This document shows, in pieces, positions 10,494-20,419 of a stretch of 64,000 nt of DNA. Source of the stretch: an uncultured cyanobacterium. GTDB taxonomy: Bacteria > Cyanobacteriota > Cyanobacteriia > Cyanobacteriales > CAWUOF01. Below the pieces are notes generated by a model. The model was given only the letters and a program-made list of their open reading frames with translations, did no database searches and had not been told where the DNA came from. How positions within the stretch are numbered: the first letter of the stretch is position 1; every line of letters starts with the position of its first letter. Made by a program: the position numbers and the translations under genes. The stretch lies in the NCBI GenBank assembly GCA_963744145.1, contig CAVUSO010000001.1, positions 7,264,001 to 7,328,000 on the forward strand. The letters run 5' to 3'.

Positions 10494-11642
10494 ATACCAA
10501 TTCTCTAAATACCGACTACAGATAGTGCCTCTAATATATAGGCTCGTCCCGTAATTGAGGCAATTACTTTTGAATTCATCTTTTCTAGTTCTTTACTAAT
10601 TAAAAGTCTTAATTCATCTAAGTTTCTTGGTAATTCCCATCTCAATCCCTTTTTGAGATACTGCCATACCTGTTCGATTGGATTTGATTCAGGACAATGG
10701 GATGGTTGAAACATTAAAATAACGTTTTTAGGAATTACCAACTTTTTAGCTTTATGAAAACCACCATTGTCTAACTGAATGATCAAAATACTATCCGAAA
10801 AATGCGCGGCTACTAAGTCTAAAAATATCTGAAAGCATTGACTATTGAGATGAGTAAACTCGTAAAAGAAATGTTCCCCTGTCTTTGGCTCTACTACGCC
10901 ATAAATATAAGTCGCTTGAAATTTCCACTGCACTTTACCAATTGGTTTTACCCCACGAATGGTAATTTTTCTCCCACTAATCGTTTTCATGCCGATCCGC
11001 GTTTCATCTTGACATAAAAATCTGACTTTATCTCCTAAACTCATTACTGTTATGGCAAACCAACTCAGCATAGCTAGGTCCTCTGCCAAGTGATTTCTAA
11101 AATTATCTAACTTTTTTTTTGACTGTTCTGTACTTTTCGGCCTGGCGATTTTTGGTGAGGCTTTTAGTTTATAATGCACTAATTGATGAACGGTTTTATA
11201 TTTAGCTTCTATCCCAAGGGTGGATGATAGCCATTGACAAATTTCCCCATAACTATTAAATCCTTCCTCTTCATTTAGTCGTTTTTCTAAACTTTTTACC
11301 GCCCAGTCAGGAATTTTTCTCGGTCGGCCTGTACCCACTTTTTTCCCCAGATATTTGGCCAATCCTCCTTGACGGTATTTGGCTAACCAATCTTGAACGG
11401 TAACTCGATTTCTGCCCAAGATTTCAGCAACTTCTGTGACTGTTTTAGCTTTGTTTATCTTGAGTAGATATAATGCTTGTAATCGTTCTTTTCCTGGACC
11501 AGTTTTTTCCACTGCGAGCAATTTCTTCAGCTCGGCTTCACTTTCCTTAATGTCTAGGTGATAAACTCCTGCCATATTTTTCCTTCAACTCTACTCAAAT
11601 TATACTCTACACTATCTGTAGTCAAAGTTGCAAGAATTGGTA
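10494..11642 (-). mobile_element. IS630-family insertion sequence, about 1.15 kb
   Basis: Terminal IR TACCAATTCT / AGAATTGGTA; TA duplicated at 10492-93 and 11643-44; excision restores the host reading frame. Confidence 0.92.
10505..11575 (-). CDS. IS630 transposase (HTH + DDE), single intact ORF
   Basis: QDETRIG, QLDNGGFH, PESNPIEQVW. Confidence 0.95.
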   Translation of the reverse strand: MAGVYHLDIKESEAELKKLLAVEKTGPGKERLQALYLLKINKAKTVTEVAEILGRNRVTVQDWLAKYRQGGLAKYLGKKVGTGRPRKIPDWAVKSLEKRLNEEEGFNSYGEICQWLSSTLGIEAKYKTVHQLVHYKLKASPKIARPKSTEQSKKKLDNFRNHLAEDLAMLSWFAITVMSLGDKVRFLCQDETRIGMKTISGRKITIRGVKPIGKVQWKFQATYIYGVVEPKTGEHFFYEFTHLNSQCFQIFLDLVAAHFSDSILIIQLDNGGFHKAKKLVIPKNVILMFQPSHCPESNPIEQVWQYLKKGLRWELPRNLDELRLLISKELEKMNSKVIASITGRAYILEALSVVGI

Positions 11643-12326
11643 TAACTTCTTCATTAGTGTTGTTTACTAAGTGATGGGCATTACCGGAACCTGCCCTAAA
11701 ACCCGCACACATACCCGGAGATAGTTGCTGCTCCCCTTCATCTGTAATCAATGTGGGATTGCCTTGCAAAATATAGATAAATTCATCTTGAGTGGTATGG
11801 GCATGACGCAGGGCAGAAGCCGCCGAGGGTAATAATTTTGTTAGGTTGACACCGAAATTCTTCAGGTCCGAATAAATCCCCTAAAATGCGTTTCTCTCGT
11901 CCTTCCATTTTCTGGGCATAGGGTTCTGGGTAATAACTTTTCTTGGCACGGGGGACTACTTCGCTGGAAAGGATCGCGCTTGGATAGTTGGAGTCTGACA
12001 TTTCTATCTAATAAGGCGAGAACTACTAGGGCATTTTAATTTATTACAGAATCAATGCGATCGCCCCCAAATCTCTCAATATCTGGCCACTCTAAGAAAA
12101 ATTAGCCTTTAACTTGGGGGAATGGATACTATTCGCTACAGTTTTTCAACATCCAGCCACTCCAGAAAATTGCTGATAGACTGGGAATGGGATGCGATCG
12201 CCACTCCAAGCTAAACATTTTCCCCCAGTAATGACTATGTGGTTCAATTGAAAGCGATCGCTCCCAAATTAGAGACATAATAACTTAGGCATTACTTGCA
12301 CTAATAAAGAAAAATAGGAGTATTTT

Positions 12327-13040
12327 ATGGATTCAAGGGCAATTTTATTGGGGATTAACTTGATTTCTTTTATTATTGCAATTTATTATATTTTTATAGC
12401 AAAAGAGCCATTGGGAATATTTCTTTTAGTAATCATTGGATATGCTTATTTTAATAGCGCGTATATTCGAGGAATATTATGTATGCGGCAACATCAATTT
12501 CCAGAGGCAATAGATAATTTCCAAAAAGCTATAAGAATAAGACCTAATTTGTCTATAACTTATTTAAACCTGGCCTATGCTTTTACATATATTAATCAAC
12601 AAGAAACTGCAATGTTTTATTTTTCTAATTTTATTCACCTAAATTCTAACAATTTTGTAGGCTATTATAACCGTGGGATGGTGCTTTATAATTTAGAATT
12701 ATTTGATGATACGCTTGCAGATTTCAATCAAAGTATAAAATTTTACAAAAATTATCCAGCAGCCTACTATGGACGTTGCAATGTTTATATTAAATTGAAT
12801 TATCTGAATGACGCGATCGCAGATTTTAAATTAGCTAATAAATTAGAACCTAAATATCCTATCCAACCCAACGATATACATGGATTGTATCATGCAGGAT
12901 TAGCTCATAGTTCTTATAGTAACTTCAATCTTGCTCTAGTCTATTTATACAAAGCAGCCCGTTTATGTATAAAAAACCGGAACGACTGTATGCTTGTAAT
13001 TATTGAAGATGCTATTAAGACTCTGGAGTCTGAGATGTAG
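12327..13040 (+). CDS. Membrane-anchored TPR protein
   Basis: Two N-terminal hydrophobic helices; TPR patterns AYFNSA..RG, YYNRG, AYYGRC, AIADF. Confidence 0.8.
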   Translation: MDSRAILLGINLISFIIAIYYIFIAKEPLGIFLLVIIGYAYFNSAYIRGILCMRQHQFPEAIDNFQKAIRIRPNLSITYLNLAYAFTYINQQETAMFYFSNFIHLNSNNFVGYYNRGMVLYNLELFDDTLADFNQSIKFYKNYPAAYYGRCNVYIKLNYLNDAIADFKLANKLEPKYPIQPNDIHGLYHAGLAHSSYSNFNLALVYLYKAARLCIKNRNDCMLVIIEDAIKTLESEM

Positions 13041-13420
13041 AGTTAATGCGATCACCTAAACAAAAATAGCTAACCTTCAGACCAAAAGATGGTAAAGTCT
13101 GAGAGAAATTAAAAGCGATCGCCGCTCACCCAAAACATCTAAATTGCACAATTGTTCACCCAAATTGAAACTGTGCAGCGCCGTCGCGGATAAACGCTAG
13201 GATAATTACAGAGTAAAGACCCTAGCTAAAATATTCATCTCAGCAAAAATTACCTTCACAAGTTTCTCTAAAAAATTAGATGTTTTTGGTATCGAAACTG
13301 GAACAAATGGCCATAATAATTGCTAATTGCTTGGTAGTTGCTATTGGGCGATCGCCACTCCCATAATTTAAAGCGATCGCGACCTCAAGCTAGACAAAAA
13401 TATAACCGGAGAAATATCAA

Positions 13421-13813
13421 TTACTCGTATTCGAGATTGGTGTCAAACCCATAACCCACCAAATCCTGAAACGATAAATCAAACACTTGATCATCTTGCA
13501 GATGACGGTCAATGAGTTCTAGCCGATGCAATTCTTGCTCAATCTCATAGATGCGCCGACAAAGTTGGCTTATCTCTTCCTTTTCTTCACTAGAAATATC
13601 ATCTTGAGAGTAGAGTGTGGCAGGCCCACGTCCATGACCGTAACTGTTATCAAAAACACGCAGCATAAATGAACGGACTTTCTTAGAATCGCTCATAAAA
13701 TTGTTGAGCGCAGCATTACGCTTTTCTAGTCGCTCTTGAAGTTGAGTGATCCGATATCCGATAGCCGCTTTAATCTCTTTGCCACTCTTGCGAAACTTGA
13801 TATCTAATGGCAT
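13421..13813 (-). CDS. Hypothetical helical protein
   Basis: 130-aa ORF with AAGGAG RBS; coiled-coil character; no HIP1 site. Confidence 0.7.
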   Translation of the reverse strand: MPLDIKFRKSGKEIKAAIGYRITQLQERLEKRNAALNNFMSDSKKVRSFMLRVFDNSYGHGRGPATLYSQDDISSEEKEEISQLCRRIYEIEQELHRLELIDRHLQDDQVFDLSFQDLVGYGFDTNLEYE

Positions 13814-13937
13814 AGTAAACTCCTTAACTCATGATACTAACTGTATCCGATTGCTCCTGTTCTGACAATCCATTTGATCCCCTATACCCCAAACTCAAGT
13901 AATTGTCTTTGTCGAAATCTTCATGGTCTCACTTTAT

Positions 13938-14155
13938 GCGATCGCCACTCTCCAGCTCCATATCTAGAATTGCGGTTTGAATGCGATCGCCTAAAACAAA
14001 TCTAGAATCAGGTCGCGATCGCTACTCTCTAACTCCACAAATCAAACTCATAAATTAAATACGATCACACCTAAGCAAATATTGAAAGCGATTTCTATTC
14101 TTAAACCCAATTAGATTCAAAGTTTGCTGGATTGGGAGCGATCACACCTAAGCAT
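13938..14155. repeat. Degenerate HIP1-anchored array
   Basis: GCGATCGC or variants every 30-50 bp; CGATCACACCTAAGCA twice; GCGATCGC(C/T)ACTCT..CTCCA twice. Confidence 0.6.
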
Positions 14156-14467
14156 GAGAAAATAATCAGAAAATATTTCAATAATTATATAAGCAACCAT
14201 GCTGGCGATTTAATTCAATCATTACCGACAGGAAAAATCTCGCCACGGAGAGCGATCGCCAAGTACCGCACCAGTGAAGAAGGAAAACTGGCAAAACTTG
14301 AGGCACAACAAAGATATAAGCGATCTGAAAAGGGTAAAGAAGCTCAGTTACGGGCTGCTCAAAAATATGAAGCAGCTAATCTGGAGAAACGTCGCAAACA
14401 AAAAGCTGAGTGGGCTAGGAAAAACTACCAACGGAAAAAAGTGGCTGCGACTGAACTTGCAACGTAA
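14132..14467 (+). CDS. Small basic helical protein (start uncertain)
   Basis: KYRTSEEGK / RYKRSEKGK / KYEAANLEK internal periodicity; strongly K/R rich. Confidence 0.55.
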   Translation: MGAITPKHEKIIRKYFNNYISNHAGDLIQSLPTGKISPRRAIAKYRTSEEGKLAKLEAQQRYKRSEKGKEAQLRAAQKYEAANLEKRRKQKAEWARKNYQRKKVAATELAT

Positions 14468-14574
14468 TTATCCAAAGTTTGCAACAAAAATTAATGATGT
14501 TGAAGTTCTTAGCAAGTGATAGCACCAGATTAATTGTTGGGTATTTTATGTAAATAACCAGCTTATTTAATAAT

Positions 14575-15385
14575 ATGAAAACTCAAGAGTTATTAAAGCT
14601 TTACAAACGAGGTAGGAGAGACTTTCGCGGTCATGACCTTCGAGGTTTATCTTTTGAAGGTAAAGACTTATCTGGTGCAGATTTTTCTAAATGTGATATT
14701 AGAGGAACTAACTTTAGTCGCGCTAATCTTACGGGTGCTAAGTTTGTAGAAGCTAAAGCTGGATTGCAGAAACAGTGGGTGATTGGCTTATTTATTTTTT
14801 GTTATTTATTATCTGCTTTTGCTGGATTGTTTATTTCCATTTTAGTTGCTTTTATCACACTTATATTTTCTAATGAATATAATAATATGATCATGGGTTG
14901 GATCAGCATATTTATAACTTTTAGTTTAAATTTGATTCTTATTTACCGAGGATTTAAACCCGTCGCCTACACTGTCGGATTCCCTATTCGCTGCACTGTC
15001 CGATTCGCTGTCACCTACATTGTCGGATTCCCTATTGCTTACGCCTGTTGCTATCACTATGGCAATCGCTGTTGCTGTGGCCGTCGGTGTGGCCACCTTT
15101 GCCAGAACCTTCGCCACAATTGTCGCTATCGCCATTATTCTAATATTATTCTACAGTTACATTGGCTGGTGTGCTATTAAAGGAGATTCTAAATATAACA
15201 AGATTCGAGAAATTGCAATTAGGTTAGCTGCTACAGGTGCTACTAACTTTAACGGTGCAATTCTAGCTGATGCTGACTTTACCAAAGCCTCACTTAAAAA
15301 TACTGACTTCCGAAAATCTGACTTAACTAATACTTGTTTTCAAGATGCTAAACAATTAGATTTAGCTTGTTTTAATGATCTTTAG
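14575..15385 (+). pseudogene. Pentapeptide-repeat membrane protein, frameshifted and truncated paralog of 18068-20248
   Basis: N-terminus nearly identical to the 18068 gene; frame changes near 15045; TAG at 15385 where the paralog continues. Confidence 0.85.
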
Positions 15386-15532
15386 TTTGAAGCTAATTTG
15401 AAAATTCGTTAAATGTTTATTTTGATAGTCTGGTCTAAGCGATCGCAATCTCCCAACCAACGCCCAAGCATCAATAACCATAGGATCACTCAATTGCTCT
15501 CCAAAAATAATCAGGCGATCGCCCTAAATAAT

Positions 15533-16531
15533 TCAAGTTTCCATAGCAAAATCTTCTGGATCAATATACCAATTAATCCAGCAAATTGCTTCTCTAGCAG
15601 AATCAAGATCGGGTGGAACACGCAGGACATGGATATGAGCTGTACTTGGACAAGTCATTTTTAGTAGATGGATGGGTTCAACATCAACATCCGCATCAAT
15701 TTTGAGTAATGTATATTCCCGATAGCGATCAATTTCGATTGCTCCTAATTCTTCAATGATGCGATCGTATCCCAGTCGCTGAAGTAACATTCTCCGAATT
15801 TCAGCATTTTTTTCTGTAATTAACCATTCAGCTTTCCATTCCTCTGAATGAGTCCAATAGCGACGTGGAAGATTGACACCAAAACAGTAAACCTCCAAAT
15901 CTTGATTAGGATGATTAGCCAAAGTAGATAAATCTTCAATAGAGTTACCACAGAGCTGAAGCATTCTTAAAGAATGGATCTGCCCTATCTCTGTTGGGAT
16001 GCTTGTTAGTTGGTTATGAAACAGATCGAGAGTTTCCAAAGATTGGAGTTGTCCAATCTCTGCTGGTAGGTTTGTTAGTTGGTTTTGCCACAGATCGAGT
16101 GTGTTTAGAGAATGGAGTTGTCCGATTTCTGCTGGTATGCTTGTTATTTCATTTCTCCACAAATCAAGTCTAGTCAAAGAATGGAGTTGTCCTATCTCTG
16201 GTGGTAGACTTGTTAGTTGATTCCAACGCAGATTGAGTGTGGTCAAAGAACGGAGTTGTCCTATCTCTGGTGGTAGACTTGTTAGTTTGTTCCCGCGCAG
16301 GTTGAGTATGGTCAAAGAATGGAGTTGTCCGATCTCTGCTGGTAGGCTTTTTAATTGATTGCCAGACAGCCAAAGGTTTTTCAAAACACATAACAGTCCT
16401 ATCTCTTTTGGCAAAGTTGTCAATCCCTTGCAATTGAGAAAAAGTTCTGTCTTATCTAATGAACTAAGAATTATTTCTCGTATTTCTGTTTCTTCCATGT
16501 TCAATATCTTTTTCCTTTTCTTTATGGCCAA
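15533..16531 (-). CDS. LRR protein with C-terminal DUF6745-like domain
   Basis: About seven 23-aa LPxEIGQL repeats; WLITEKNAEIRR, LLKMTCPST, LRVPP, EAICW. Confidence 0.85.
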   Translation of the reverse strand: MAIKKRKKILNMEETEIREIILSSLDKTELFLNCKGLTTLPKEIGLLCVLKNLWLSGNQLKSLPAEIGQLHSLTILNLRGNKLTSLPPEIGQLRSLTTLNLRWNQLTSLPPEIGQLHSLTRLDLWRNEITSIPAEIGQLHSLNTLDLWQNQLTNLPAEIGQLQSLETLDLFHNQLTSIPTEIGQIHSLRMLQLCGNSIEDLSTLANHPNQDLEVYCFGVNLPRRYWTHSEEWKAEWLITEKNAEIRRMLLQRLGYDRIIEELGAIEIDRYREYTLLKIDADVDVEPIHLLKMTCPSTAHIHVLRVPPDLDSAREAICWINWYIDPEDFAMET

Positions 16532-16650
16532 TTACAATCCTAAAAGATGTGATCGCCGCTTATTTTTCATTATTTCTTCTAATTCTGCGACTAAATTATA
16601 TGCGATCACAAATAAAGAAACCTTCTACCATACTGCACCAAACAAGGTAA

Positions 16651-17532
16651 TCAAAATATTGCCCCAGTAAGATCAGCTTCACTTAAGTTTACATCAATCA
16701 ATATAGCATCTCTAAAATCAACATCTTTAAATACAACAGGATTATCGTTTAATGAACTAAGATCATATATACCTATCTTGCCAAAATCATTTTTTCCTGT
16801 AATCAAAGCTTTACTTAAGTTAGCTTTTCTGAGATTTGCACCTGTAAAATCTGCACCTCTGAGATCAGCTCCTTCAAGATTTGCTTCTTCAAGATTGGCA
16901 TTTCTGAAATTTGCTCCATCAAGTTGAGTGTTACTTAGATTTGCTCTAACTAAAATTGCGTCTTTAAAATCTGCTAATGATAAAAGCGCACCACTTAAAT
17001 TAGCATCTGTAAAATTTGCCTGTGCTAAAGATGCCCTAAAAAAAAGCCCTCCCATCATAGATCCACAACTAAAATCAGCATCGGCTAAGTTGGCATTAGA
17101 AAAATTAGCTTTAGTAAATTCTACTGAACAGAGAAACTGACCTCGGCTCAAATCTGCATAGCTTAAGTCAGCTTCACTAAGGTCTAAACATTCTAAGTCA
17201 CAGTCTTTCATATTAACTCTGCTCAGATTTATTTTTGTTAAATCTATATCATCTTCAATAGATACAAATTCCTTTATTAGCTCATCATCACATGAAAGAG
17301 AACCACCACCCAAAGCACTAATATATGCTCTTTCTAAATTCGGAATTTTTTCTGGATTGTTTTCTCTCCAGGTATTCCAAACTTTGGCTCCTCGACAAAA
17401 AATTTCTAATTCTGACATTGCAGATAGTTCACTATGTTCTAATAATTTAGGATTGCTTTTGTTTCTCAGTGCTTCTAACGATATAGTGATTTTACGTTCG
17501 CAAGTATGATCCAAATCTTCTGGATTAGACAT
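16651..17532 (-). CDS. Pentapeptide-repeat protein
   Basis: WNTWRENNP start then A(D/N)LxxA repeats; AAGGAG RBS. Confidence 0.9.
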   Translation of the reverse strand: MSNPEDLDHTCERKITISLEALRNKSNPKLLEHSELSAMSELEIFCRGAKVWNTWRENNPEKIPNLERAYISALGGGSLSCDDELIKEFVSIEDDIDLTKINLSRVNMKDCDLECLDLSEADLSYADLSRGQFLCSVEFTKANFSNANLADADFSCGSMMGGLFFRASLAQANFTDANLSGALLSLADFKDAILVRANLSNTQLDGANFRNANLEEANLEGADLRGADFTGANLRKANLSKALITGKNDFGKIGIYDLSSLNDNPVVFKDVDFRDAILIDVNLSEADLTGAIF

Positions 17533-17696
17533 TTAGTTGCTCCTTATCAAATTCTTAGAAAACAGTTTGACTATTTTTTTCACAAATTTCCCAACTAACT
17601 CCTAAGCAGCACTAAACACAGGCTAACTTACCAGGAGAAGTTTGTCAGCCACTTGGCGATCGCTCACCAAAAATTAATCTATCCCGCCCCACAGAT

Positions 17697-17936
17697 TCAA
17701 CCAGTCTGTGTCCAACATGGGGCTTTCCAGACTGCATCCCAAATGACTGCGGGCAAAGTTCCCATAGTTTCTAGTTCTGTGACTAACTGATTTGCTTGAT
17801 CTATGGTGGCGATCGCCATTTCTCCAACTTTTGCCCAAGCTGCACTAATCACCGCTGCACTCACCGGGGGGATTTTTTCTGTGGGACTGACTAGCAGTTG
17901 GGTTAATTGGCGATCGCTCTCAATATCTGAAATCAT
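17697..17936 (-). CDS. Small hypothetical protein or fragment, paralog of 23472-23684
   Basis: LVSPTEKIPPVSAAVISAAW...IWDAVWKAPCWT shared with the second copy, with many synonymous differences. Confidence 0.55.
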   Translation of the reverse strand: MISDIESDRQLTQLLVSPTEKIPPVSAAVISAAWAKVGEMAIATIDQANQLVTELETMGTLPAVIWDAVWKAPCWTQTG

Positions 17937-18067
17937 TACAGTTACTAGATATTGGGGAAATATCTGCTTGTAACAAAAGTTAATGATGTTGAAGTTTTCA
18001 GCAATACTGACACCTGGTTAATTGTTGGCTATTTTGGTGTAAATAACCAGTTTGCTTAATTATTTAT

Positions 18068-20248
18068 ATGGAAGCTCAAGAGTTACTAAAGCTTTACGCA
18101 GAAGGCAGGAGGGATTTTCGCAGTCAAGACCTTCGAGGTTTATCTTTTAAAGGTCAAAACTTATCTGGGACGGATTTCTCTGAATGTGATATTAGAGGAA
18201 CTAACTTTTCTAAAGCTGATCTTACGGGGGCTAAATTTGTAGAAGCTAAAGCTGGATTGCAGAAACAATGGGTAATTGGTTTGTTAATTATTTGTTTTCC
18301 GTTGTCTGCACTTTCAGGGTTTATTACAGCAATTTTTAGTGCTCTTATGTCAGAAATATTTAGCCTTGATAGTAGTAAGTTTATTATGGGCTGTGTAAGT
18401 ATATTGTTGTTTTGTCTTTTTAATTTTTTCTTTATTTACCGAGAAGTTAACGCCGTCGCTGTCGCCTTCGCCTTCGCCTTCGTCGCCTTCGCTTTCGCCT
18501 TCGACTTCACCGTCACCGGAGCCGTCGCCGTCGCCGAAGCCTTCATCGTCGCCGGAGCCGTCGCCGGACCTGTCGCCGGAGCCGTCGCCGTCGCTGGAGC
18601 ATTCGCCATCGACGGAGCCGTCGCTTTCGCCGTCGCCGGAGCCGGAGCATTCATCGGAGCCGTCGCCGGAGCCATCACCGTCGCCAGAGCATTCGCCGGA
18701 GCCGGAGCCCTTATATTTCTACTACTAATATTCTTATACACTACTTATATCGGTGGGTGTGCTATTAAAGGAGATTCTAAATATATCTTGATTCGAGAAA
18801 TTGCAGTTGTTTTTGCTGCTATAGGTGGTACTACCTTTAACAATGCAATTCTAACTAATACAGACTTTACAAAAGCTATACTTAAAAATACAGATTTCCG
18901 AAAAGCTAGGCTAAGTCTTACTTGTTTTAAAGAAACTAAAAAACTAGACCTAGCTCGTTCCGGCAATACATATTTGAAAAACAGAGAAATTCAAGAACTA
19001 GTCCAAACAGGACAGGTAAAAAATAAGAACTTCGATTACCAAGATTTACAAGGCATCTATTTAAAAGGAGCTAATTTATCTGATGCTAGTTTTATTGGAG
19101 CAAATCTGAATTATACTAATTTTCAAAATACCGATTTGACAAGTGCTGATTTGACAAGTGCTGATTTGACAAATGCTGATTTGACAAATGCTAATTTGAC
19201 AAATGCTATTCTTACTAGAGCGAGCTTAAATGGCGCTAACCTATATAATGCTAATTTATCTAACGCCAAGCTTGTCCAAGCTCAGTTAGACAAAACTGAC
19301 TTTACAGATGCTATTCTTACAGGAGCTTATATCGAAGATTGGAGTATAACAAGGAGTACCAAATTTGATGGTGTAAGATGCAAATATGTATATATGAGAC
19401 TACCTACTAAAGACAATGACCAGCCAATTCGTAAACCTGATAACGAACATGAGGTATTTGCAGATGGGGAATTTGGAGATTTCATTAAACCAATATTTGA
19501 TACACTGGATCTTTACCATACTCAAAATATCGATCCTCGTGCGATCGCCATTGCTTTGAAAAACTTGGCTAAAAACAACCCTGATGCTCAGATGGAAATC
19601 AAAGCAATGGAAAAAAGAGGGAATAATTTTCTAATTCGACTTGCTATATCACTGAACGCAAATCGTTCTAAATTAAGTGCAGAATATTTTAAAGACTACA
19701 ATAAAATTAAATTATTAAACGAACAACAGCAAGCTCGTTTGTCAGAAAAAGATGATAGAATCAAAAGTTTAGAAAATATGATAGTCTCAATGATGGTCTC
19801 ATCGCTGAATAAACCTACATTGTACGCAGAAAATTATCACAACCACGGGAATACTATGTCAAAAGATAACACGGAAATTAACATTGGTTCTATTGGCGGT
19901 AATGCTATAGGGATAGGTAATATTAGTGGGACAGTAACCGCTACTATTGGGCAACTTGCCAAGTCTGAAGCTCCAGAAGCTCCTAAACTTGTAGAATTAC
20001 TAAAGCAATTACAATTAGCGATCGAATCTGACACTCATTTATCAGAAAAGGACAAGGCCAAAGCATTAAAACAGGTGCAAGCCCTAGCTGAAGCAGGTCA
20101 AAATCCCAAGGATGAAGATAAAAAAGACTTGGCCGATACAGCAATCACCATGCTCAAAGGCATAGTAACTGGACTACCAGGGATTGCTGCTGCTGCTACA
20201 GCTTGTAAAGAATTACTCCCATTAATTACATCGGTGTTTGGGTTATAG
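18068..20248 (+). CDS. Pentapeptide-repeat membrane protein with Ala/Val/Gly low-complexity tract and helical C-terminal domain
   Basis: 726-aa ORF; pentapeptide blocks flank TM segments; GAYIEDW...CKYVYM. Confidence 0.9.
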   Translation: MEAQELLKLYAEGRRDFRSQDLRGLSFKGQNLSGTDFSECDIRGTNFSKADLTGAKFVEAKAGLQKQWVIGLLIICFPLSALSGFITAIFSALMSEIFSLDSSKFIMGCVSILLFCLFNFFFIYREVNAVAVAFAFAFVAFAFAFDFTVTGAVAVAEAFIVAGAVAGPVAGAVAVAGAFAIDGAVAFAVAGAGAFIGAVAGAITVARAFAGAGALIFLLLIFLYTTYIGGCAIKGDSKYILIREIAVVFAAIGGTTFNNAILTNTDFTKAILKNTDFRKARLSLTCFKETKKLDLARSGNTYLKNREIQELVQTGQVKNKNFDYQDLQGIYLKGANLSDASFIGANLNYTNFQNTDLTSADLTSADLTNADLTNANLTNAILTRASLNGANLYNANLSNAKLVQAQLDKTDFTDAILTGAYIEDWSITRSTKFDGVRCKYVYMRLPTKDNDQPIRKPDNEHEVFADGEFGDFIKPIFDTLDLYHTQNIDPRAIAIALKNLAKNNPDAQMEIKAMEKRGNNFLIRLAISLNANRSKLSAEYFKDYNKIKLLNEQQQARLSEKDDRIKSLENMIVSMMVSSLNKPTLYAENYHNHGNTMSKDNTEINIGSIGGNAIGIGNISGTVTATIGQLAKSEAPEAPKLVELLKQLQLAIESDTHLSEKDKAKALKQVQALAEAGQNPKDEDKKDLADTAITMLKGIVTGLPGIAAAATACKELLPLITSVFGL
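18451..18710 (+). repeat. GC-rich low-complexity codon repeat (GCC/GTC/GGA/TTC)
   Basis: Repeated GCCGTCGCCGGA units inside an AT-rich gene. Confidence 0.9.
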
Positions 20249-20419
20249 GCAAGATTTAACTGCACCAGTTTAGCTCAAAACTTGGCTGGGACTGGCAATG
20301 CGATCGCACCTTCACTAACCAATCAAAAAGAGACACCAATAATCTATGTCCCTCAAAATTGGTTGATGCGATCGCCATTTCTCCAACCAACTTCCAAGCA
20401 GCACTAAGCACAGACCAAC

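Larger units (their letters stand above)
10370..12001 (-). pseudogene. Cupin-domain gene interrupted by IS630, with an additional +1 frameshift
   Basis: Removing 10494-11642, one TA copy and one base near 11866 restores ...GDLFGLKNFGVNL...RHAHTTQDEFIYILQG...HHLVNNTNEEVIYLEIGDRIPGDAVTYPDDDL...HKDGQPY*. Confidence 0.9.

Noticed and set aside
11554..12001. Two independent small genes (71 and 72 aa)
   Set aside because: Fragments of one cupin gene broken by a frameshift and the IS630
14959..18710. Diversity-generating retroelement TR/VR pair in the pentapeptide paralogs
   Set aside because: No reverse transcriptase in the window; differences are not adenine-specific and include length changes
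18436..18741. Ala/Thr/Pro-rich minus-strand ORF (also 14926-15135 and 29732-30205)
   Set aside because: Antisense reading of low-complexity tracts in real genes
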